From contig JAHCIJ010000002.1 in assembly GCA_026129255.1 (NCBI GenBank), forward strand, positions 125,799 to 189,798: 64,000 nt of DNA, given 5' to 3'. The translations under genes were made by a program, and so were the position numbers. Source of the stretch: Anaerolineales bacterium (lineage in GTDB: Bacteria; Chloroflexota; Anaerolineae; Anaerolineales; UBA11579). Shown here piece by piece: positions 19,096 through 27,304 of the stretch (position 1 is its first letter; each line of letters begins with the position of its first letter). Below the pieces are notes generated by a model, which worked only from the letters and a program-made list of their open reading frames with translations, searched no databases and was not told the DNA's origin.

Positions 19096-20997
19096 ATGGA
19101 TGATCTGGTTCTAAGAAGTTTGGAAACCATCAACCGAATATTTGAGGCTGGCATCGCCATCACGGCGCTGTCACTGTTTTTGCGTTCCCTCACCTTCAAC
19201 CTACGAGACCGCATTTCGCGCGCCTTCGCCGTCATCCTGGCTTGCGTCATGATCAGCTTCCTGGGCGAGGCCGTGGCCGGGGTGCTCAACCAGCCGGGCA
19301 GCCTTGAGATCTGGCTGCGCCTGCAATGGATGGGCACGCTGTTCTTGCCCGCGGCCTACTTGCATTTCTCAGACGCCCTGCTGGAGACCACCGGCCGCCC
19401 CTCACGCGGCCGCCGCCGCTGGGCGGTGCGCTTCTCGTACTTTATTTCGGCGGCTTTCGCCTTGCTGCTGCCCACTACGCTGTTCCTCGGCCCGCTGGCG
19501 CCCGATGGGCAGCCGGTGCCGCACCTCTCGCTCACCCCGCTCTCGTGGGGCTTCACGCTCTACTATGTGGTCACCATGCTCATGGCGTTCTCGGTGATGT
19601 ACCGTGCCCGCCAGCGCACCGTGCTCACCGCCAGCCGCCGCCGCATGACCTACCTGTTTGCTGGCTCGCTGGCCGTGGCGGTGGGCAGCTATCCCTTCCT
19701 GCTGCTGATGACGGATGCCGCCGCCGCCGTGCCCATTCTGTTCTTCCTTAGTGCGTCGATCGCTAACGTATTTGTCTTCTACGCCATGGTGGCCATGGCC
19801 TATGCCACGGCGTTCTTTGGCGTGCCCTGGCCAGACCGCGTGGTCAAGAGCCGCTTGTTCCGCTGGCTGCTGCGCGGCCCGGTGACCGTCTTCATCGTGT
19901 TGGCGCTCATGCCCTGGGCCGATGATATTGGCCGCATTCTGCAAATTCAAGAAGGCGTGGTGATGCCCATTCTGGTGGGGCTCTCTATGCTGCTGGTCTC
20001 GCACACGCTTACTCTGGCTGCACCGGTGCTCGAAAAATGGCTCATTTTTGGCGGAGCAGAAGAGGATATGCAATTCCTGCAGGAGCTGCCCGAACGCTTC
20101 CTGACCGATGCAGATATGCGCCAGTTCCTTGAAGCCGTGCTGGCCGCCGTGTTGGATCGTTTCCAGAGCAAAGCCGCCTTTGTGGTGGCCCTGCACCAAG
20201 GCGAGATGCAGACCGTGGTGGAAGTAGGTTCGCGTAACTTGCGAGACAAAGACAAATCCAAAGACTTGCTGCAAGTCGCTAACCGCCAGGACGGCCAGCG
20301 TGTTTTCACCTGGGGCGCCTATCGCCTGCTGCCGTTACTCAGTAATAATGGCGAGGAGATGATCGGCATGCTGGGCGTGCAACGCGGCCGCAAGGGCGAG
20401 CTGAGCGACGAGCAGTTACGCGCCCTGGAGACCCTGGGCCAGCGCGCCGCCCAGGCGCTGGAAGACCGCCAACAACAGGCAGAGCTGTTGCGCTCCATGC
20501 AAAGCCTGACCCCGCGTATGGAAGTTATCCAGCGGTTGCGTGCCGCTGCGCGCTATGACCAGGCCGAGGTGCTCAGTGAGGTGGAGCAGCTGCCCAAGTA
20601 TCAGGACCTGGTCAAGTGGGTGCGTGATGCGCTGACCCATTATTGGGGCGGCCCCAAGCTCACCCAGAGCCCGCTGCGCGGCCTGCAGGTGGTGCAAAGC
20701 GCGCTGGATGAACACGAGGGCAATCCCTCGTTAGCCGTACGCACGATTTTGAAAGCTGCCATCGAACGCAATCGCCCGGAGGGTGAGCCACGCTTGAATG
20801 GCGAGTGGATGCTCTACAACCTATTGGAAATGAAGTTTATGCAAGGCCGCAAAGTGCGCGAGGTCGCCATGCGCCTGGCCATGTCCGAAGCTGATTTGTA
20901 TCGCAAGCAGCGCGTCGCCATCGAGAGTGTGGCCCGCAGCCTGCTTGAAATGGAAAAAGACACTCTTGCCGTCAAGAATGGAAAGGAAACACATTGA
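19096..20997 (+). CDS. multi-pass membrane protein with cytoplasmic GAF-like domain and C-terminal sigma-70 region-4/LuxR-like HTH
   Basis: About 8 N-terminal TM helices. GAF-like core (AAFVVALHQGEMQTV...MIGMLGV). C-terminal ...KVREVAMRLAMSEADLYRKQRVAIESVA. Stop overlaps the next ATG (ATGA 20994). Confidence 0.75.
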   Translation: MDDLVLRSLETINRIFEAGIAITALSLFLRSLTFNLRDRISRAFAVILACVMISFLGEAVAGVLNQPGSLEIWLRLQWMGTLFLPAAYLHFSDALLETTGRPSRGRRRWAVRFSYFISAAFALLLPTTLFLGPLAPDGQPVPHLSLTPLSWGFTLYYVVTMLMAFSVMYRARQRTVLTASRRRMTYLFAGSLAVAVGSYPFLLLMTDAAAAVPILFFLSASIANVFVFYAMVAMAYATAFFGVPWPDRVVKSRLFRWLLRGPVTVFIVLALMPWADDIGRILQIQEGVVMPILVGLSMLLVSHTLTLAAPVLEKWLIFGGAEEDMQFLQELPERFLTDADMRQFLEAVLAAVLDRFQSKAAFVVALHQGEMQTVVEVGSRNLRDKDKSKDLLQVANRQDGQRVFTWGAYRLLPLLSNNGEEMIGMLGVQRGRKGELSDEQLRALETLGQRAAQALEDRQQQAELLRSMQSLTPRMEVIQRLRAAARYDQAEVLSEVEQLPKYQDLVKWVRDALTHYWGGPKLTQSPLRGLQVVQSALDEHEGNPSLAVRTILKAAIERNRPEGEPRLNGEWMLYNLLEMKFMQGRKVREVAMRLAMSEADLYRKQRVAIESVARSLLEMEKDTLAVKNGKETH

Positions 20998-22091
20998 TGA
21001 ACGAGTATGACCGCGCCAAAAACTCATCTGCCCCCCGGAGTGAAGGGTGGGGCGGTTCCTTGGCCGACGAACATCTTGGGTCGGGGGCGCCCGCCCGCCG
21101 CAGCCCGCAGGGGCGCCGGCCCGCCGGCCGCGGGCGCGCCGATGGGCGCCCTCCTGGCGCACGCCAGCAAGGCGCACGCACGCCGGGTGCCCGCACGCAG
21201 GGCGCACGTGGACCTAAGCCCAAGGCGGATGAGAGCATGGGCTGGGTGGATTGGCGCCGCGTGCTGGAGCTGCAGGAGAACGAAACCGTGTGCTACGCCG
21301 AGGTGGTGAGCTTCAACAAGGGCGGCCTGCTGGTGCGCGCTCAGGAGTTCCAGGGCTTTGTGCCGCGTTCGCACTTGCAGGCTACGGCCAACGGCCAGCG
21401 CATCACGGAGAAGCTGCTCGAGAGCTACATGGGCAAAGAGATGGAGCTCAAGGTCATCGAATGTGACCCGGAGCGCGGCCGCATTGTGCTCTCCGAGCGC
21501 GCCGCCGAAAGTGCCCCCGGCTCACGCCAGGGGTTGCTGCAGACTTTGCAGCCCGGCCAGCAGCTTGAGGGCAAGGTCACCAACGTCACCAACTTCGGCC
21601 TGTTCATCGACTTGGGCGGTGTGGAGGGGTTGGTGCATATCTCCGAGCTTTCTTGGGGCCGCGTCGGCCACCCGCGCGAGGTCGCCGCTCCAGGCGATAC
21701 GCTGTCCGTCGTCGTGTTGGAGATCAATATGGAGATGGAGCGCGTCTCGCTCAGCGTCAAGCGCGGCCAGGACAACCCGTGGGCCAGCGTGATCGAGCGC
21801 TACCCGGTGGGCAAAGAGATCGACGCCGAAATTACTGAAGTTGTGCACTTTGGCGCATTTGCCAAATTGGAAGAAGGGCTGGAAGGCTTGATCCACATCA
21901 CCCAGATGGGGCTGCACCACCGCTTGGACCCGCGCCTGGTGCTTGAGGCGGGTATGCAAGTGCAGGTCAAGGTGCTGCAAGTGGAATCCGAGCGCCAGCG
22001 CCTCAGCCTGCAACTGCTGGGCGAACCCTGGAAAGATAATGACGGCGGCCCAGCCTGGCTGGAAACGCCCGGAGCTGGCGAGAGCGCCTGA
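20994..22091 (+). CDS. S1 RNA-binding domain protein (3-4 S1 repeats) with an Arg/Gly/Pro-rich N-terminus
   Basis: S1 motifs: VVSFNKGGLLV, GKVTNVTNFGLFIDLGGVEGLVHISELS, and ITEVVHFGAFAKLEEGLEGLIHITQM. An alternative start is the internal M before GWVDW. Confidence 0.8.
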   Translation: MMNEYDRAKNSSAPRSEGWGGSLADEHLGSGAPARRSPQGRRPAGRGRADGRPPGARQQGARTPGARTQGARGPKPKADESMGWVDWRRVLELQENETVCYAEVVSFNKGGLLVRAQEFQGFVPRSHLQATANGQRITEKLLESYMGKEMELKVIECDPERGRIVLSERAAESAPGSRQGLLQTLQPGQQLEGKVTNVTNFGLFIDLGGVEGLVHISELSWGRVGHPREVAAPGDTLSVVVLEINMEMERVSLSVKRGQDNPWASVIERYPVGKEIDAEITEVVHFGAFAKLEEGLEGLIHITQMGLHHRLDPRLVLEAGMQVQVKVLQVESERQRLSLQLLGEPWKDNDGGPAWLETPGAGESA

Positions 22092-22118
22092 GCGCGTAAC
22101 GGACAATAATTAGGAACT

Positions 22119-24383
22119 GTGATGCCTGAGTCCCGCCCATCCAAACGCAGCGGCGCCCGCCCGCGCAACATGGCTGCTCCGCGGCCCCCACGGCAGCGCA
22201 GCTTGTGGCAACGCGTCGGCTGGCTGAGTGGCGGCCCGGCAGACTATGTCTCCGATGTGCTCGGCGTGCTGCTCATCGCCCTGGCGCTCATCACCATTCT
22301 TGGCCTGCTGGGGCTCACCGGCGGCGCCTGGCTCACGCCCTGGGTGGGCGTGTGGCGGCGCTGGCTGGGGTGGGGTTCTGTGCTGGTGGTCATCGGCCTG
22401 GGTCTGGCGGGCTGGCAGTTGTTGCAGCGCCGCCGCCTGGGCGCAAACCTGGCGCCCGGTCGCCTGATCGCTTTCGAGATCGCTGTGTTTGCCAGCCTGG
22501 CGCTGCTCAGCCTGGTGACAGGGCTCTCGCTTGAAGAAGCCGAAGCGGGCCGCGCCGGTGGCCTCATCGGCTGGGGTCTGGCCGAAGGCAGCCGCTTGCT
22601 GCTGAATACTTTTCTCCCCAACTGGCTCTCCATCGCCTTCATTGCTCTGGTGTTTCTGGGCATCGCGGCCCTGGCCGGCTTGCGTGCCTTCGGCCGCGCC
22701 TGGCTGGGCGCTCAGCTGGATGAGGATGATGAGCCCACGCTGCCTGCTTATGAACCGCATGGCGAAACGGTGTTCTCTGCCTCGCCCATGGCTAACGCCG
22801 AGCTGGAGCTGGACGACGAGCCGGCACCCGAGCGCCCGCGCAAAGTGCGCCTGCCCGCCGAGTACCGCAAGGACTTCAAGCTGGCCGATGAGTCTCCCAA
22901 GCCGGTCAGAGACCTGCCGCGTTCGGCGGACCTACCGCCGCTCAAGCTGCTCATCGAAGAGCGCAGCACACGCCCGGATGAGCGTCACATCAATGAGATG
23001 GGCGGGCTACTGGAGAAAGCGTTGGCCGAGCTCGGTGTGCCCGCCAAAGTAGTCGATTTCCAAGTTGGCCCCACGGTGACGCAGTTCGCCGTGGAGCCCG
23101 GCTACATCCAGCGCCCCGGTGACCCGCCGGGGCAGGGTGGCCAGCGCGTGCGCGTTTCGCAGATCTCGGCCTTGCAGCGTGACCTGGCGCTGGCGCTCTC
23201 GGCGCAACGCCTGCGCATCCAGGCTCCGGTGCCAGGCCGCGCCTACGTCGGCATCGAGGTGCCCAACCGCCGCACCATGACGGTACGCATGCGCCCTATC
23301 CTCGATAGCGTGGCTTTCCACAAGCTCAACTCGCCGCTGGGTATTGCGCTGGGGCGCGATGTGTCTGGCGAGCCAATCGCTGCCGACCTGGCGCGTATGC
23401 CGCACCTGTTGGTAGCCGGCACCACCGGCTCGGGCAAGTCTGTGCTTATTTCCGCCATCGCCGTGAGCTTACTGATGAACAACAGTCCGGCCGATCTGCG
23501 CCTGATGATGCTTGACCCTAAAATGGTCGAGCTGGTGCGTTTCAATGGCTTGCCGCACCTCATCGGCAAAGTGGAAACGGAGCTGGAGCGCATCACCGCC
23601 AGCCTACGCTGGGTGGTGGCCGAAATGCAGCGCCGCTATAAATTGCTCGAACAGGAACGCGTGCGCGATATTGACGGCTTCAACCGCAAGGTGGAGAAGC
23701 GCGAAGATGCCGAGCGCTTGCCGCGTATCGTAGTCTTGATCGATGAGCTGGCCGACCTGATGATGAACACGGCTGAGCACACCGAAAGCACTTTGGTGCG
23801 CCTGGCACAGATGGCGCGCGCCGTGGGTATTCACCTGGTGGTAGCCACCCAGCGCCCCAGTACCGATGTGGTCACCGGCCTGATCAAGGCCAACTTCCCG
23901 GCGCGCATCTCGTTCGCGGTCGCATCCGCCATCGATTCGCGCGTGATCCTGGATACCACCGGCGCCGAGTCGCTGCTGGGCCGCGGCGACATGCTCTACC
24001 TCTCGCCCGAGGCGGCCGCCCCGCTGCGCTCACAGGGCGTCATGATCACGGATGCCGAGATCGAAGCGGTCATCGCCTATTGGCAGAACGCCTGGCCCAC
24101 AGATGGCGAGGCCGCCCCCTGGGACAGCTTGTTGCAGCGCGAAGCGCTGAGCGAAGACCGCGATGAGTTGATCGACCGCGCCATTGACGTGATCCGTATG
24201 ACCGGCAAGTCCAGCGCCTCGCACCTGCAGCGCGCCCTCAAAGTTGGCTACCCACGGGCCGCCCGCCTGGTGGATGAACTAGAGGAGATGGGCGTGCTCG
24301 GCCCAGCGCAAAGCGGTGGCCGTGAGCGCGAAGTGCTGATGGACCTGGATAACTTTGGCAGTGGGGGTGAAGATGGGGAGTAG
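22119..24383 (+). CDS. ftsK: DNA translocase FtsK/SpoIIIE
   Basis: N-terminal TM block, Walker A GTTGSGKS, Walker B VVLIDELADL, and the gamma winged-helix domain SASHLQRALKVGYPRAARLVDELE. Confidence 0.92.
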   Translation: MMPESRPSKRSGARPRNMAAPRPPRQRSLWQRVGWLSGGPADYVSDVLGVLLIALALITILGLLGLTGGAWLTPWVGVWRRWLGWGSVLVVIGLGLAGWQLLQRRRLGANLAPGRLIAFEIAVFASLALLSLVTGLSLEEAEAGRAGGLIGWGLAEGSRLLLNTFLPNWLSIAFIALVFLGIAALAGLRAFGRAWLGAQLDEDDEPTLPAYEPHGETVFSASPMANAELELDDEPAPERPRKVRLPAEYRKDFKLADESPKPVRDLPRSADLPPLKLLIEERSTRPDERHINEMGGLLEKALAELGVPAKVVDFQVGPTVTQFAVEPGYIQRPGDPPGQGGQRVRVSQISALQRDLALALSAQRLRIQAPVPGRAYVGIEVPNRRTMTVRMRPILDSVAFHKLNSPLGIALGRDVSGEPIAADLARMPHLLVAGTTGSGKSVLISAIAVSLLMNNSPADLRLMMLDPKMVELVRFNGLPHLIGKVETELERITASLRWVVAEMQRRYKLLEQERVRDIDGFNRKVEKREDAERLPRIVVLIDELADLMMNTAEHTESTLVRLAQMARAVGIHLVVATQRPSTDVVTGLIKANFPARISFAVASAIDSRVILDTTGAESLLGRGDMLYLSPEAAAPLRSQGVMITDAEIEAVIAYWQNAWPTDGEAAPWDSLLQREALSEDRDELIDRAIDVIRMTGKSSASHLQRALKVGYPRAARLVDELEEMGVLGPAQSGGREREVLMDLDNFGSGGEDGE

Positions 24384-24386
24384 GTT

Positions 24387-24523
24387 GGGGATTGCTTCGT
24401 CGGCGTGCTGCGCACGCCTTACACGGCAGCCGCACAGCATGCGGCTGCCGCCTCGCAATGACGATCCCGGGCGTCATTGCGAGGAGCGCTGCATCCTAAA
24501 ATGCAGCCGACGAAGCAATCCCC
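24387..24523. repeat. hairpin repeats, ATTGC/GCAAT subfamily, head-to-head dimer
   Basis: Inverted copy at 24387..24462 (GGGGATTGCTTCGTC-[two inner hairpins]-CCTCGCAATGAC), a 10-nt spacer, then direct copy at 24473..24523 (GTCATTGCGAGGAG-[GCTGCAT-cctaaa-ATGCAGC]-CGACGAAGCAATCCCC). Confidence 0.85.
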
Positions 24524-24553
24524 AATTTTGATTTTGAAACAATCCCTCATTGC

Positions 24554-24582
24554 TTGACACCGCCCGCGCGCTCCATTAGCAT
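24554..24582 (+). promoter_or_regulatory. putative promoter for the CDP-alcohol phosphatidyltransferase / lgt pair
   Basis: TTGACA (24554-24559), a 17-nt spacer, then TAGCAT (24577-24582). ATG 24596 is only ~7 nt from the predicted start site and has no SD sequence. Confidence 0.45.
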
Positions 24583-24595
24583 AGCTACATTCCCC

Positions 24596-25243
24596 ATGCG
24601 TGACCCCATAACTTTCACTGACCGCCTGCGCATCAGTTTTGCCTGGCTCATCAACCCCACGGTTGAACTTCTCGACAAACTCGGCGTCACCCCCAACATG
24701 CTCACCATCGTGGGCTTCCTGGGTATCTCGGTAGGCGCCTGGTTCGCTGCCCATGGCAACTTCCCCATGGCTGGCCTGATGGTGCTGCTCATGACGCCCT
24801 TCGATGCGCTGGATGGCGCCCTGGCGCGCCGCCGCGGCGAGCCGCAGGAGTTCGGCGCCTTCGTCGACTCCGTGAGCGACCGCTACGGCGAGCTGGTGGT
24901 CTACGGCGGCCTGCTGTGGTGGGCCAGCCTCAATGGCAACCATTGGCTGGCCATCGCTAGCTATCTGGGCGCCTTTGGCTCCGTGCTGGTGTCGTACATC
25001 CGCGCTCGCGCGCAGAGCGTGGGGTTGGAGGCCAAGGTAGGCCTGCTCAGCCGTGTGGAGCGCTACTTTATTCTGGGCCCATCGCTATTGTTCAACATTC
25101 CTTTGATCGGCGTCAGTATCATTGCCATCGGCGCCAACCTCACTGCCCTGCAACGCATTTGGCACGTTCGCAGTGAATCCCGCAAACTTAACAGCAAGCC
25201 TGCTACGCGTAAAGTGGGGCGGGCGCGCAAGACGCGCAAGTAA
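24596..25243 (+). CDS. CDP-alcohol phosphatidyltransferase family protein
   Basis: D(x)2DG(x)2AR motif FDALDGALARRRG...D...D. ATG 24596 is preferred over the TTG at 24554, which is itself the -35 box. Confidence 0.85.
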   Translation: MRDPITFTDRLRISFAWLINPTVELLDKLGVTPNMLTIVGFLGISVGAWFAAHGNFPMAGLMVLLMTPFDALDGALARRRGEPQEFGAFVDSVSDRYGELVVYGGLLWWASLNGNHWLAIASYLGAFGSVLVSYIRARAQSVGLEAKVGLLSRVERYFILGPSLLFNIPLIGVSIIAIGANLTALQRIWHVRSESRKLNSKPATRKVGRARKTRK

Positions 25244-25251
25244 GGAGTTCT

Positions 25252-26073
25252 ATGTCCATTTCTCAGACTGCAATTCAGATCGGGCCGCTCACCATCCATT
25301 TCTATGGACTGATCCTGATGACGGGCGTGATCGCTGCCGCCTACCTCGCTGAACGCATTGCCACAGAACGCAAGATGAAGAGCGAGTTCATCTGGGACAG
25401 CTTGATCTGGATCGTATTGGGCGGTATTCTCGGCGCCCGCCTATGGCATATCCTCACCCCGCCGCCTTCCATGGTTGAGATGGGTATCACGACGCAGTAC
25501 TACCTCACGCATCCTCTGGATGCGTTGGCGGTGTGGCGCGGTGGCTTGGGCATCCCCGGCGCGGTAGTGGGCGGTGTGATCGCGCTGTACATTATGGCGC
25601 GCAAGCACGGCCAGAAGCTCCCCGCCTGGCTGGACGTCATCGCTGCCCCGCTGGCGCTCGGCCAGGCCATTGGCCGCTGGGGCAACTTCGTCAACCAGGA
25701 ACTATACGGCGCGCCGTCTGATCTGCCCTGGGCCATCACGATCGATGAAGCCCACCGCCTGCCCGAATTCGCCGACGTGGCCAAATATCATCCCATCTTT
25801 TTGTATGAGTCCTTGTGGAGCTTGGCCACGGTGGTGTTCCTCGTTTGGTTGGGGCGCAAATATGGCAAGGTGCTCAAACCGGGCGATCTTTTCCTCACTT
25901 ATCTGATCACCTATCCCACCATCCGCATCCTGCTCGATTTCCTGCGCCTGGATGCTTCGCAGGTGGGCGGCTTCAACGCCAACCAGACCCTGATGGCCAT
26001 CGTGCTGGTGCTGGCCGCTGCCGCGCTGATCTACCGCCACACGCGGCCAGATAAAAAGAAAAAGCGCAAGTAG
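25252..26073 (+). CDS. lgt: prolipoprotein diacylglyceryl transferase
   Basis: HFYGLILMTG, GARLWH, RGGLGIPGAVVGG, GRWGNFVNQELYG, and FLYESLW. Confidence 0.92.
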   Translation: MSISQTAIQIGPLTIHFYGLILMTGVIAAAYLAERIATERKMKSEFIWDSLIWIVLGGILGARLWHILTPPPSMVEMGITTQYYLTHPLDALAVWRGGLGIPGAVVGGVIALYIMARKHGQKLPAWLDVIAAPLALGQAIGRWGNFVNQELYGAPSDLPWAITIDEAHRLPEFADVAKYHPIFLYESLWSLATVVFLVWLGRKYGKVLKPGDLFLTYLITYPTIRILLDFLRLDASQVGGFNANQTLMAIVLVLAAAALIYRHTRPDKKKKRK

Positions 26074-26155
26074 ACTTGCACCTCTCACCCGTTGACTTGC
26101 GTTCTGCTGTTGACTTTGGCCAGCCCTCTCCCGTGGAAGAGGGTGAGCACTCTTT

Positions 26156-26297
26156 GTCATTCCGAACGAAGTGAGGAATCCGTTAAGGGTCGGAGTTAGA
26201 CGGTGCTTGTCTGAGAAAGGTCTTGCGCAGATGGGTAGTACGTTTTCGTACGCACAACGGATTCCTCCTCACCGCTGCGCGGCTCGTTCGGAATGAC
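26156..26297. repeat. hairpin repeats, ATTCC/GGAAT subfamily, tail-to-tail pair enclosing 72 nt
   Basis: Direct copy at 26156..26184 (GTCATTCCGAACG-aagt-GAGGAATCCGTT) and inverted copy at 26256..26297 (AACGGATTCCTC...CGTTCGGAATGAC). Confidence 0.8.
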
Positions 26298-26332
26298 AAG
26301 ACTTGCGGAAAGCTACAACTGCGAAAGTAGCC

Positions 26333-26361
26333 AAAAGGCGGCCATTCGGCCGCCTTTTTTT
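26333..26361. terminator. bidirectional intrinsic terminator
   Basis: AAAAGGCGGCC-att-CGGCCGCCTTTTTTT. Confidence 0.7.
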
Positions 26362-26378
26362 GGGTTTAAAGCGCGCGC

Positions 26379-26463
26379 GTCATCCTGAGCGGGTAAATCA
26401 AACCACACCAGATCACCGAACCCAGGATAGCGAAGGATCCTTCGCTGCACTCAGGGTGCACGC
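26379..26463. repeat. hairpin repeat, ATCCT/AGGAT subfamily, plus a fused inverted partial copy
   Basis: GTC-ATCCT-GAGCG-[45 nt]-GCGA-AGGAT-CC. The 16-nt perfect palindrome GCGAAGGATCCTTCGC joins it to an inverted GTGCACCCTGAGTGCAGCGAA half. Confidence 0.65.
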
Positions 26464-26534
26464 TGGTGCGGCTTATTTTCCTTTAGACGTGAGGAGAATT
26501 GTTGCTCGGCGTCAGCCGAGTAGGTTCTCCAAAA

Positions 26535-26584
26535 TGTGCGCAGCAAGTCAATCTGTTTTTACCGCTGACACTATGCTGCGCACA
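26535..26584 (-). terminator. possible terminator of the HNH gene
   Basis: 11-bp perfect inverted repeat TGTGCGCAGCA/TGCTGCGCACA with a 28-nt loop, followed on the minus strand by TTTT. Confidence 0.4.
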
Positions 26585-27100
26585 TTACCAGCCAACGATA
26601 TAACTATCCCAATCCGTGTTTTCGTTCAAATAGCGGCCAAAAATATACTGCGCCGAGGCGGCCGGCGCATGCGGCTGGCTGAGCAGCTGCATGCCTGCCG
26701 TCTCCAGCACGCGGCCGCCCTTTTGGTGATTGCAGCTACGGCAGGCCGTGATCAGGTTCTCCCAGCTGTGGCGACCACCCAGGCGGCGCGGGATGATATG
26801 GTCCAGCGTCAGTTCCACATCCTGGCGGCCGCAATATTGGCAGGTGTAATGGTCGCGGCGGAAGATCTCTTGCTTATTCAGCTTGACTTTGGGGCGGGGG
26901 CGGCGCACCATGCGCTCCAGGCGGATTACCGAGGGCGCCGGGTACACCTGGCGGGCGGTATGGATCTCGCCTCGGCCATTTTGCAGCATGGAAGCCTTGT
27001 CTGCGAAGATCAGCCCCATGGCGCGGCGCATCGTGCAAACGTTGATCGGTTCGTAATTGGTGTTGAGAACGAGGACGAGTTCCTTCAGGCTTGGTTGCAT
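26585..27100 (-). CDS. HNH endonuclease (stand-alone, ~170 aa)
   Basis: CQYCGRQDVELTLDHIIPRRLGGRHSWENLITACRSCNHQKG. Confidence 0.85.
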   Translation of the reverse strand: MQPSLKELVLVLNTNYEPINVCTMRRAMGLIFADKASMLQNGRGEIHTARQVYPAPSVIRLERMVRRPRPKVKLNKQEIFRRDHYTCQYCGRQDVELTLDHIIPRRLGGRHSWENLITACRSCNHQKGGRVLETAGMQLLSQPHAPAASAQYIFGRYLNENTDWDSYIVGW

Positions 27101-27154
27101 GGGCGTAAGGGTGCAACCTCGCCATTATAGCATTACGGCCAATGGTTGGCTGTA

Positions 27155-27187
27155 TTGAGAGCCGCCTGGACCGTAATGCTATATAAT
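27155..27187 (+). promoter_or_regulatory. putative tyrS leader promoter
   Basis: TTGAGA (27155-27160), then TGcTATATAAT (27177-27187). The spacer is 19 nt to TATATA and 21 nt to TATAAT, so the geometry is imperfect. Confidence 0.35.
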
Positions 27188-27263
27188 GCCCCGCATGCGA
27201 TCAGAAATTGCATTTACGTATGCTTATGCCCCGTCTCACTGAGCTGGTGACGGGTTGCCTGCG

Positions 27264-27292
27264 CGCCCTCGCCAGCGAGGGCGTCTTTGTTT
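27264..27292 (+). terminator. intrinsic terminator/attenuator inside the tyrS 5' leader
   Basis: CGCCCTC-gccagc-GAGGGCG then TCTTTGTTT, ending 3 nt before the tyrS GGAG. There is no upstream plus-strand gene to terminate. Confidence 0.55.
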
Positions 27293-27304
27293 AATGGAGT
27301 AGAG

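Noticed and set aside
26303-27130. 275-aa plus-strand ORF spanning the repeat-rich gap and the HNH gene region
   Set aside because: The first half is translated through hairpin repeats and a terminator. The second half is antisense to the HNH endonuclease, which has an unambiguous CxxC...HNH...CxxC signature.
27121-27304. T-box riboswitch upstream of tyrS
   Set aside because: I could not find the conserved T-box sequence (AGGGTGGNACCGCG), a Stem I with a specifier loop, or an antiterminator bulge geometry. Only a UGGU in a hairpin loop and a UAC triplet are present. I kept the region as an unexplained attenuator. A covariance-model scan is needed to be sure.
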